A program made the translations under genes and the position numbers. Positions 37,214 to 48,626 of a stretch of DNA of 64,000 nt are shown in pieces. Numbering within the stretch: position 1 is the stretch's first letter; each line of letters starts with the position of its first letter. The notes below the pieces were generated by a model, which saw nothing but the letters and a program-made list of their open reading frames with translations, was not told the origin of the DNA and searched no databases. Source of the stretch: Paraphysomonas bandaiensis (lineage: Eukaryota; Protista; Chrysophyceae); assembly GCA_965644295.1 (NCBI GenBank), contig CBFFRP010000578.1, positions 1-64,000 on the forward strand, given 5' to 3'.

Positions 37214-39180
37214 CTACGTCGAAATAATATGAATTTTTCTATACATAGGAATTCTAAGAAATGCAAATACAATTGTGAGTGTATCTTCTGGTAAAACTGT
37301 TTTAACGCCTCCTTTTTTCAAGCATAACAAAAATGAAATCTTTTTTTCAAGTGGCCATGGAGCAGTGTACAAAAGTTTCGAACTCGAGCTTAACGCACAT
37401 TCTTCGGGGACTTCATACGTATCATCAACTAAATCGGATTTCCTAATCTCAAAATGCGTGACAAAATTATCGTTCTCCAGTGCCTTAAGGACAGCTTCGA
37501 ATCCCAAGACTCCGATATGGTTTCCTGACAACTTCAATATACGTAATGGATGGAAGTGCCGTTCCTGCACAAATCAAACAGATCATTTTCCTTTAACATG
37601 ATATCAATCATACTCACCGCAATGACTTGACTAAGAATACTTGCGCCTCTATGTCCCACACGATTGTTTTCTAATTCCAGCACTGATATCGGAGGAATAA
37701 CTCTCATATAGGGGGGACCATGTACTACTGTAAGCCCACGCCTCATATCATCTCCACTTGATCTAAAGTGCGACTGCTCGCGCTGCCAGAGTCCAGTACT
37801 GATATCCACAAGAGGGTGAGCACACGGAGTGTTACGCGCCCAATTCATATTCAACACAAGAAACAGTGCTTCCATTGATATTCCCTCCACTCCTAACAAT
37901 ACACAAGTATAGTCATGCACGTATAGTATATGACAGATAAATCTCCTGACCACAATTATTCATGGAAAGCTTCTGCAGAGATTGGGCGCATCGTAACATA
38001 GCAGACAGTTTTATCACTTCCCCATGTCCCATTCTGCGACATGTGAGAACAACTTCCGACACAGTGGTCATGAACGCACCTACATCCGGAAAGATCAAGG
38101 ACGCTCAAACCTACATCATGGTGAAACAATGGGCGCAGAAGTTGAATATCTGTAATGCGATGATATGCCATTTCTAGGCATACCATCTGCGGCCCACTTT
38201 CATGGATCTAAGTGTACGGATTTAACAAACTAGGTGACACAATCAATGCAACATACTTGTGAACCATATGTAGCGGCCGCCTTACACATAGCCCAAACAT
38301 CCTCCGAAGGCTGATACGTAGAGTCGCTTTCACACATATTTCCAGATATTGGCTGCTTCATACCAACATTGAATGCAATAATATCATCATTTCCAATGGA
38401 GCAGTGGTTCAGACATAAGCTCTGCAATGATGACCACCGTACAATAAATCCCAACACAAACATAGTTTGAGTAGATAGATTGACTCGCTCCAAACTTAGT
38501 CTTCGAAGAGAAGAACATTCAAATATTGCAAGAATGCAACTTATTGCAACAGTCTCACACAGCGAATTACCAGAGATATCGAGAACTTCAAGTGAATTAT
38601 GACCAATTAATGAACTAAATATATTCGACATTGGAGCTCCGCCCCACAAGCCAAGCGCACATGATTTTAGAGACAACTCTGTTACGTGTCTACCTTGCGA
38701 CGACAACCACGAGGACAATGCCTCAGCTGCTTCAGGGTGGATGGCATTTTCGTCCAATTGTAAACATTTCAAATGTTCGAACTTTGTGCATATCGAAATA
38801 ATCTTACTCGTATCTAAACGGCAACGTGATACATTTAACCCACATAGTTTAATGTGACTAGTAGTCTTTTGTAAAAATTGTTCAATATTAGATTTGCTGC
38901 TTCCCTGTAGACTCAAGTGCATATCGCACTGCTGGTCGCTCAGTTTATCGACAAGTCTATTAAATTTATCGCCATATTTACAATATAACAGATTTAATTT
39001 TCTGACTATAACACCATGTGCTATGACATCATTAAATACTTGTATTAGATGATCGTCCTCTAGATTAGTCTGAGTGAGAGTGACGTCTATCACTGGTCGA
39101 GACAATACACAATAGGGTGAAGTAAAGCGTCTGAGATCATCAATAGATGATACTATCTCCGGGTGATCGAGATATTCCAT
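37214..39180 (-). CDS. Ribonuclease-inhibitor-like LRR protein (multi-exon)
   Basis: Repeated LxxLxLxxN/C motifs (LEVLDISGNSL, LQSLCLNHCSIG, LRILKLSGNHIG); short introns link the ORFs. Confidence 0.85.
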
Positions 39181-39779
39181 TGTACTTTATCAAGACTCTG
39201 TTTATTAGATGGAGATATATAAGCACTGTCGACAGCAGTGTATCATCGCATACAGTATCATATATATGGAAACATGACTGCTCCATCCTCCTGTATATAT
39301 AGCTGAAGATACAGAACATAGAGCCTGTATTATTGTTGTATTCTGCAGTATATCACTGTATTACAACATGTACTGCTGTAATACATCCAATACGGTATTG
39401 CTATACAGAGCTCCTGTGGCACTTGTAAGGTGGCCAAGCACTGTACATTACGACTATATCCATATACCATTCTAAGTAACCCACAGTACTCACATCTCCT
39501 CTAAACAAATGCCTGTATAGGGCCCTCTGACTAGAAGGTTGAAGGTAACCGTTACATAGAGCGATATGATAGTGTTCTTTCATGTGATTCACAATATCAT
39601 GATGAGGAGTTTGGGTTGAAGAGTCAGTATCGATTTTAATACACTGGAATGTCACACCTGTGAATGACCACACCTGATCTCACCTGACCTCACCTGGCCT
39701 CACAAGACCTCTCTACGGGGGAGTGTAGCGACCTTTTGGTGACATACGGGGATGCATACTCACCTCGCTAATGATGTGC

Positions 39780-40125
39780 AGCAGTTGTGACAAAGAAGTC
39801 CGACCTCTCGTACTAGCAGGCAGTGGCGGTGTGCCCAGCCCAGGCGAGAAATATAGCCCGCAAGTTCTTGAGTAACATAAGGGAGTGCGTAGAGAAAGAG
39901 GTCTTCCCATCATACAGGCCAGACCTGGGGGACGTCGAAAACTGGGACGAGATAGGACTTGACCTCAGAGGTGCACCCACCAGGGACGGCAGGAAAGGTG
40001 TTTCTCTGTGTAGTATGCACCCTTCAGCTGTCGCTTCTGTATGGAATTCACCGAAAGACAAGAGCTATCATCATTTACTGAAGTGGTGCGTCGATGGGTG
40101 ACTTACACCTCAACCATGACCCACA
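39780..40125 (+). mobile_element. Possible decayed pogo/Tc1-mariner-type DDE transposase fragment
   Basis: VENWDEIG resembles the N-x-DE-x-G first catalytic Asp motif, followed by LLKWCVDG*LTPQP; in-frame stops. Confidence 0.4.
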
Positions 40126-41136
40126 TTTTATGTGTGGGATATACTGACTGGAATACTTTGACAGTATTAGGCTTTGCACCACCCTGTTATCTGTTATTAT
40201 GGTGAACTGTGCCTCGGTTTTAGTAAAAGGTGTAATTGAAACCACCTAAACTGTATACTTAGTCAGACTGAGAGATTGTGTAGGACTAAGATTCGAAGAT
40301 GCTGTTTTCTATGAGAATATGGAGTGCTCAGCAAATATTTATTCACATGGTTCAATTTATTCGTTCCTTGTATCAATGGTGTATACTTACAGCAAAGTTG
40401 TACTCTATGGTATCACAGTGTTAATCAATTACCCGAGTTCATGCACTAAATATTTCTTATTTAATACAGAGCGCTATAAATGCGTATTTTCTAGAAAATA
40501 AAGTAATGTCTCTTTATCGAATTCGAACAATGCTGCGGTCTTATATCACGCTGTATACACAAATTCGAACAGAATTGTCGCGTGAGCGGGATACTACCAC
40601 ATTTATTCTCGCAAGAACTATGTTACTACTGTGTACTGTCAATGGCCAATAGACCACTGTAGACACCTAGTGCATATAATAACGTTAGAAATAGTGAGTC
40701 CATTCGTAAAAACCAAGAGACAACATATGTCTCAGGACTGGTACACTATTCGGACAATAATTTTCGTGTAAACGTGTTATCAGAGGCCATATCTGTTTTG
40801 TGTTATTCTGTTTCTTTCTCCGTGTTTGACAAATTTGTGAATATTAAGCCACAAGTTAATAATAGAGGACATTCTACTCTCAGATCTTAGCTAGTATCAC
40901 ACATTACATATACAGCTAAACAGCTGAATAAATTTGGAATAAAAAACGGAGGAGCACAGGGCACTAATATTATAAGAAACAATGGATCTTTCATTACGAC
41001 ACATAGTCAGACGATTGGCTACATACTAAATACTTCAAAGCACTTCTGACCAGGTGGTAATGCTATAGAAAAGATACCAAATTGAACTCTACATATTTAC
41101 GGATTGTACATGCATATGAGCCTGTTTAGGAATCCA

Positions 41137-41792
41137 TTATTTCATCTTTCTCATTCTTCTCGGGGTAGGATCTGAAAACTGTCCAAACGTAAAAGCTAGA
41201 GTAACCGAAGCCAGTCCACTTAAAATACACGCTACCCCAAGAAACGTCCAACTCCTACCCGCAAAAACGTTTAAGGCCTACAAAGTTAAACATTATGGCA
41301 ATCTGGCGATATATGTTCCCACCAACCTTGCTACCCCCGTCAATAAACTTAGATATTTTAGAAACGCCTCTTCTGGCAGATGATCTCCCCATGTCTGAAG
41401 TAGATAAGAGAAGGGACTTTTGTATCTTGATTCTGCTTCCTTCCTCAGCAGGAATTTTGAATTTAATTTGAATGCCGTATCCATATTTACTTGATACTTT
41501 TCTTTTGACTCCTGAAGTAGATACCACTTTGCCATCGTTAATTCGTACTAACTCAGCGTCAATCAAATCAGACCGTGCAAATGAGTGTGTTGTTTCAACA
41601 GCTTGAACATCTCTTACAGAAACATGACACATATCATCTGAGCATATGACTGTGCTTTTTAGCGAACTATGTCTACAATGCAAATATCCGAGATACATGC
41701 AGACCAGAGACCCCACTACCCATAGTAAGGACAGGACCACCTTCAATAATAGTGAATACAATCATCATTTTGTTATATGGTTTTACCTTCAT
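41137..41792 (-). CDS. Hypothetical two-TM membrane protein (3 exons)
   Basis: MK|VVLSLLWVVGSLVCMYLGY...; intron near 41326-41279 adds a second TM ending FGQFSDPTPRRMRKMK*. Confidence 0.72.
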
Positions 41793-42389
41793 ATTAACCG
41801 TAGAAAAGTTCACACCATTTGCAGTTTTCTTCGATACACCATGCAATGGCAGATCATCATTTCGACCGAACATGGTTCACTACTTTAATTAGATATAACT
41901 ACACTGCATAAACTGGAAACGTCTCTAGTGCTTATCGTTCAATCAAGTATAACAGTGATGAGTATTTAAACTACTGTGTGTATATATATAATACTCCTGA
42001 TTTTTGTGGCCGTTGAAGCTCTTTGTATACCATAAATTGCTATACAGTATAGCAGCACAGTGTATTTATTGCATCATTGCCCGTCCACACATCAGAACCA
42101 TCTAGATCAACCACTACAGAGTATACAGTATACACAGTATACAATATGATAGCAGGTATATACGGTATTACGGTATGACGGTATTGTAGAGGAAGAACTA
42201 CGTTCATATGCCATGCATCCATACTAGGCATACCCTCGTATACCGTATATACCTTCCCATACACACTACTGTTGGGGGTTTCTTCAATATAGAGATGCAC
42301 TGTATGTATACAACATCCGCCCATATAGAAACACAATCACAGCGATTGATCTCATTGATTATTAACCCTTACAAATAATTGAATTAAAC

Positions 42390-43674
42390 ATGTCTGAAGT
42401 AATTGAAGGTAATGTTATTGTCTTGTCATATGACAAACTACTCGCTGGAGAGGATTTAACAGACGAGATAGGCCGAGCATTCGGCAGTGAGGGTCTAGGG
42501 ATCCTTACAGTAGAAGGCATCCCTGGCTTACAAGAAGCAAGAAATAATCTCCTTCCTTTAGCTCGTTCATTTGCTGAATTACCGGACAATATTAAAGAGA
42601 AGTACGTACATGCCGAGAGTTTCTATTCGTTTGGATGGAGTCACGGAAAGGTATGAGATTCGCTTTACATTATAACCATACAGTAATATTAATATAAGGA
42701 AAAACTAGACGGTGCTTATGATTTATCGAAAGGTTCTTATTATGCTAATCCTCAGTATGATCGACCTGTTGATGACGAAAGTTTAATTGCAAAGTATCCT
42801 GCATTTTTACATCCTAACATCTGGCCCCATGAGGACATGCCTGAACTAGAAAATGCATTCAAGGCCCTTGGACAGCTAATTGTTAATGTTGGCAAACTTG
42901 TATCCACCCAATGTGACTTGTACATAAAGAAGCAGTGTGCAAGCTATGCAGACAATCGACTTACCAAAATAATAGACAACTCCTTGTGTTGTAAAGCAAG
43001 ATTGTTACACTACTTCGATGTCAATTCTGTAAACGCTACAACAGCAAGTCCTTTAAAGAAGTGTCGCACTGAAGAAAGTCAGGATTGTGGGACATCGACT
43101 GATAATCATGACCCTTTTTCGTCGTGGTGTGGCTGGCATAATGACCATGGTTCTTTGACAGGACTTGTATCTGCGATGTTCATGGACGCCGATGGTAATG
43201 TGGTATCCAACACTGACCCCATGGCTGGTAATATTTGTATACTAGTTTATTAACTCTAATGTATTTCGAATAGGTCTATATATTAGAAACCGAAAGAGTG
43301 AAGTTGTGAAAGTTTCTATTCCTCAGAGTCACCTAGCATTCCAGATTGGTGAAACTGCCCAGGTTCACTCAGGCGGTATATTACAGGTTAGTGACGGTAT
43401 GTGCTGTAATAAAACTGCTAAGTAGTACTAGGCAACTCCTCATGCAGTGAGGGGAAGTACTGCGGCTGGAATAACGAGAGAGACTTTTGCGGTGTTCATG
43501 GAACCAGATTGGAATGAACCAATGACTTGCCCGGAAGGAATCGACCCGGACATGGCTCAGACACAGTCTGCTGCTGCCAACCTTCCGAGAGGTGTTCCGT
43601 CTCTAAAATCGAGATGGAATAACGAAATGGATTTCGGACAGTTCACTTCAGCAACGTTGAATGCTTACTACTGA
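42390..43674 (+). CDS. 2-oxoglutarate/Fe(II) dioxygenase, IPNS-like (4 exons)
   Basis: AFGSEGLGILTV, FGWSHGKE, KGSYYANP, GWHNDHGSLT (HxD), ATPHAV (distal His), RETFAVFMEP. Confidence 0.92.
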
Positions 43675-44395
43675 AGCCACAGTTATTTTAAGCCTTGTTG
43701 GAGCTCTGCCTCGTCCTAATCTCTTCAATAGGTTGAGAATGATTCGTCATATAGAGCAGAATCTATTATAATATAAGCACGATACGTATTTCAACTATAT
43801 GCTCGTGGTATCCGTTAAAAAGTAATAACAGTCAAATACACCAAAATATCCCCGAACTTACTTTTACTCAACTTTTCCACTAGTTCAAATGGAAAATTCT
43901 AAAATAGAAAACACTCAATACTTCCAGGCTTAAGCTTGTACATGTAAAAATGGAACAATTATTACAGTTTTTGGACTTATGAAATAAAATCAAAAATGCT
44001 GGTGGCTAATTGCGAAAAGCATTGCGGGAAAACATAACTTATGCACATTGGGAAACGCTCAAGTGCTGTGCTATTGACATCAGCCCTACGTGTTGAGAAA
44101 CGCTCATTTTACACTAGATCACAGAGAGAATTTGTCGTAAGACTAGATAGATTTATTAGTATCGTTTACACGAAGTTGTGATAACCAACACTAACTCATT
44201 ATAATCCCTGCATAATATCCTACATATGCGAACCTCTCGTTACTGAACATATCTTGAAAGGTCAACCTATTTCAGTTTCTCAATATCATCACAGCATTTG
44301 TACATCACTATATTTCACTGTATTCTCGTACATTGTCTTCAAGTGACATACTGAATATACTAGAATAAGATCCATATTCTAATACTACGTTTAAA

Positions 44396-44706
44396 ATAAC
44401 AGAACTTGACATTATTTGCTAAGGTTTGCTGTTCTCAATTTATACGATTAAAATAATAAAATTACATGATAAAGAACCTAAGTTGATTCGGTGTGTTCAA
44501 TGTTCAACACCAATCATTTACTTCTATAATATACGAACCACACACTCAGTAGCCGTATCCTGTACAGTCACCAACTTATACTTCAGTTTCATACCACAAT
44601 ATATAGAATACTAATTACATATAGATATACCTTTCGACCTTTCGATCCTTGCATCTCACAAATAATACTGCACTCAATTGCAAGCAAATGAATCTTCAGA
44701 CCTCAG
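44396..44706. repeat. Uninterrupted copy of the LTR-like repeat at 18068-20096
   Basis: Long shared blocks, e.g. ATTACATGATAAAGAACCTAAGTTG, ACCACACACTCAGT, TTTCGATCCTTGCATCTCACA. Confidence 0.85.
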
Positions 44707-46431
44707 CTTTGGTGTTGACGTGTTGACATTGGTCATTTCTGGATAGAAGGTCTTATAATGGTGCGATAGTTTGTCTAAGCACTGTACATCATGACAATGA
44801 CAGCAAGTGTTTATCCCATATTATTGAAGGCGGAGTCGGAAAGTCAACACACGCAGGTAGAGGTTGAAAGACAACAGACAGAGCAGCTCAAAATTCAACA
44901 TGTTAATTCCAAATAAGATTATTTATAGCTAGTTTTAGTATTTAATGAATGATACACCTCGTATTCCTAGCAAATAAAGATTGATTATAAACTTCTAATG
45001 AACAATAACGCCTAACAGTATAATAGCAAGACACTTTTGAACAGGGTGTTGTCACCACATATGTTTGCGTATCTTGTACAGTCGCGTGTCTTATATTGTC
45101 TGATAATTTTTCCGTCAATTGATATTCCATTGTATATATGTGTTGAATTCACGCGTTGAGAGATATACGTGAATCAATGAATCTAAATAATTTCATGATT
45201 GCATTGCGATGCACCAATGTATATGTATACTACATGTCCATGTAAGCAAATATATGTATACAGCGCAATCAAATATAATGAAACGTATAAAGGAATGAGC
45301 AACGCATTTTTGAAAGGTATCCCTATGGTGGGTAATATACTTCAGTGCACAAGTCCAACCACATGTGATGGTAAACCCGTAAAGGATATACAGGCTAAAC
45401 ACACTCACCTATCACCAACAAGCACGTACATTATATTGTACATATAGGGAACTTAATGATAGCATATATCAACAGAGTCAGTATCGAGTCGTAAGGACTT
45501 ATCAAACACAGTACAGGAGCCCGTAATTTCTATTTCAGTAGAGTGCGTATGGATGATGAATTCCTTTAGCAGTATATCCTCAACTAGCTTCAGAGCACAC
45601 CCATCATGATGCACACAATATACCGAACGAGCTTTAAAAGAGACAAATAGATGCAATAATCTATATGGATTTCATATATAAATAGCGTTTAAAGGTTTGT
45701 ATTGTGATGAACAGGAAGAGAAAGCTTACTGCAATTATCCCAGCTTACTATGATAACTGTTTGCTGCAATCTCGTATCATATCCACTCTGTACAGCAAAG
45801 CACTGCCCACCAGCACCATACTTCCACTTGGAAGATTAGGAGGGTCAAGCTAAAAATGAAATGTAATTGCACATGTCAACAATTTAAATGCGTGGCAATC
45901 GATATCATGAGAAATGTTGTGTGGACGAGACTGACGTCAACAAACTGTGTGATTTACTTCGAGGACATACATATGTATATGACCCACAAGCTTACATTAG
46001 AGGTCAGTATAAAGCAAGATAGAGTTGCACAGAAAATGTGGAACGAGTATATTTAATACCCCCGTTAGAGTAAATAGTAAAATGAACTGTTCTATCACTC
46101 AGCGATTGTAATATGTTAAACTTGTGAAAAAAGCTAAGAACTCCATGAAAAAGCGATATTTATATTATTACTGAGTAGCTACAAGGAACGCACATCAATT
46201 ATTTAATTGCAAAATATTTTGCAACAACATATTCCTCTTGCATCTATTTAGCATCACCTCCACAACACCACATAAATAGATTAGCACTCCCTAAAATCTT
46301 CAGGTAATTACTAATCTCTTCATCAGGTTGGCAGTTCCAGAAACTTTATTAGCGGTCGATTATTACCACAAAAATCTTTAAGAACATGCACACAAATACA
46401 TCATGACTTCTTTTAGATAATGCTGAAGCCA

Positions 46432-46447
46432 AACCCTAACCCTAATC
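46432..46447 (-). repeat. Short interstitial telomere-like (CCCTAA)n tract
   Basis: AACCCTAACCCTAATC. Confidence 0.6.
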
Positions 46448-46542
46448 TCCAAAGGTAGAGATACTGCCCCCAAATACTGCTGCTAGAGCTATATTACCAT
46501 ACATGAAAGCCTTACTATTGGCAGTAGGCGTCAAGAATCATA

Positions 46543-47040
46543 TTGAAATTATGATTATTGAGAAGCGCAAGCTTGTGCATTGCCGCGACCAACCTAACAA
46601 CTCGCACGACAGTGAGCATAACAGGATTCTTATCTAGTTACTATTGCATGCACCGGCAAGTGCTCAACTATACGACACGACGTAGTTAGCTATACAACAC
46701 GACTTAGTTGCGTGTTTAAGCCGGATCATACGCTCCTGCCCAATCTACTTGTCCTAACACAAACAACTTGCGGTCGGTGTCTTTGGCATATGTCTCGTGT
46801 ATATGCGGCAGATATTTAGGGTATTCTTCAAGGTGGTGTTCACAGCAGTAGGTAGTCTGGAGGGAGAGTAGAATAGCAAAGCGGTCTCACTGGTGCAATT
46901 TTGCACGCTGACGCATGAAACAGATATCTACCAAAATCTGTTACAAATTCAATCTGACTCCAATGTCTTCCCTCCATTATGTGCACTCGTCCAGCACATG
47001 CATCCACCTTGCACTCTTCTCCCGAGTGGCTTACGCTTGA
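46543..47040 (-). mobile_element. Related retroposon copy E nested in D
   Basis: 14-bp TSD CGTCAAGAATCATA at 46529-46542 and 47041-47054; TATTGAAATTATGATTATT terminus and GCTTGTGCATTGCCGC hairpin variant. Confidence 0.82.
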
Positions 47041-47084
47041 CGTCAAGAATCATAACCAGATAAGTAGCTACATGAAAATTATTC

Positions 47085-47102
47085 GATTAGGGTTAGGGTT
47101 AG
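47085..47102 (+). repeat. Short interstitial telomere-like (TTAGGG)n tract
   Basis: GATTAGGGTTAGGGTTAG, absent from the other family copies at this position. Confidence 0.65.
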
Positions 47103-47385
47103 ATCGACTTCTACTTGTAACTAACTGCTGCAAATTCTCATATCCTACTATGTAACGGTACGGAAGCTGCTTGTGCGTCACCGCAAGCACCAAGGTATGA
47201 CCACTTCTGGTCTTGTGTGTGAAGGAGAAGCTCTCTATGGACGTGAGTCCATGAATTACGAAAGGATTTAGTCAGGGGGACGCCCCTTAGGGTAGGGCTC
47301 CGCAGGACTTTGTGGAGGCACTGTATTGCTTCCTCCTGCGTTTCCTACTGCTTGAAGAGCTAGATGACGATATCGTAATCATCAC

Positions 47386-47422
47386 ATATATGAAAGTCTG
47401 ATTATTACATGAGTACGGTTGC
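47386..47422 (-). mobile_element. 37-bp extreme 5'-truncated copy F
   Basis: 13-bp TSD TCGTAATCATCAC at 47373-47385 and 47423-47435 around ATATATGAAAGTCTGATTATTA... Confidence 0.8.
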
Positions 47423-48626
47423 TCGTAATCATCACGAGTAGGACGTGAGGTGTTTAGAGTCGATTAATCAGAGGATACTGCAGCATCGCTGTTAGCGTTT
47501 GTGTCACCCTCAAATTCAGTAGTTGGCGATACATCATCCGAGTATGAATACATGGATGTCGCATTACCACGGAAGAAATGGTCCCCACGATCCGCCATGA
47601 GGTCGTAATGTGGTGGCCGTACAACTGATTTACCTTTAAATAATAATAATCTCGATTCTACTGTTCATAAAGGTACACCTGCTGTGAAAGACATCCTCGG
47701 AAACTTCTTCGACCAATTACTACCCTTCATATATTTCTCATTACCTTAATCATTGAGGCCCTTCCTAATAAAACTGATCAAATAGTCTTCCATCCTGGGT
47801 GATCAGAGGATTCGCTCGCCTAGGCATCTTGCCATAGTGGAGATCTTTCTCCTCGTAGCCTGTTTACTTCTCTTCGGCATGTTGAATAGTATTATAATGA
47901 TATATACATATATAGGTGATATAATATCTTTATATTATAGTACTCTGCTCCCAAAATATGCAGCCAATAAAAGCGAATAAACATCTCCCAAGGGCGGTGA
48001 CATTTTCAAACCTACTAAATTTTCCACTTTTTCCTACTAAATTTTGCATCTGTTACTACTAAAAATGAACGTTGAGCCGTATTTAAAGTTAGTAGAGTAT
48101 CGAATAAAATTCTTAACTTAGTTGGAATGTCTGCAAATTAAGTAGGCTCAACTGCCATTTTTAATTTAATAGGGATGTCAGCAAAATTTAGAATGAACAA
48201 ATGGCGCTTTTTGGTTTAGTTTAGTTTATTTGAATATATATTATAACGAAAGTTTAGTCCAGTGGGCAAATATAGATGTTTACATTCTCATCGACCTTAC
48301 CTTTGGATTATACTATTGAACCATGGCTTCATATAGCGTCCCTCGAACAGCTCTAGTTAATTCCTATCGGAAATAATAGCTCTGCTGATCATATTATCTC
48401 AATATAACAATATCGTTATTTGCTGGCGACAAAAATACATGACTAAACATTCTTATTACATATAAACTATAAAGCAAATACGAATTGAACTAGACATTGG
48501 CAGTTGTCTTGTAAATACTTATAATATGGTAAATTTCTGAAAATTCTGATCGCAGCTCAAAAAGAGCAAACCTACTTTAAACTACAAACAACCAAAATAT
48601 TTGAGATATATATATCTCAATTCTAA

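Larger units (their letters stand above)
46492..47355 (-). mobile_element. Retroposon family copy D (older), host of nested copy E
   Basis: 3' end TGAAAGCCTTACTATTGGCAGTAGGCG at 46504 continues at 47041; hairpin block 47161-47208; candidate 7-bp TSD AGAGCTA at 46485-46491 and 47356-47362. Confidence 0.72.
46380..47880 (-). pseudogene. Decayed Myb/SANT-like gene carrying nested insertions
   Basis: MPKRSKQ...ERIL*SPRMEDYLISFIRKGLND*GNEKYMKGSNWSK with in-frame stops; a poly-Ser run is restored when 46492-47362 is removed. Confidence 0.45.

Noticed and set aside
45190-45660. Cys/His-containing short ORFs as a transposase remnant
   Set aside because: No convincing catalytic or zinc-binding motif
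47991-48070. AGGGCGGTGAC plus CTACTAAA repeats as a DNA transposon end
   Set aside because: No matching inverted terminus or TSD found in the window
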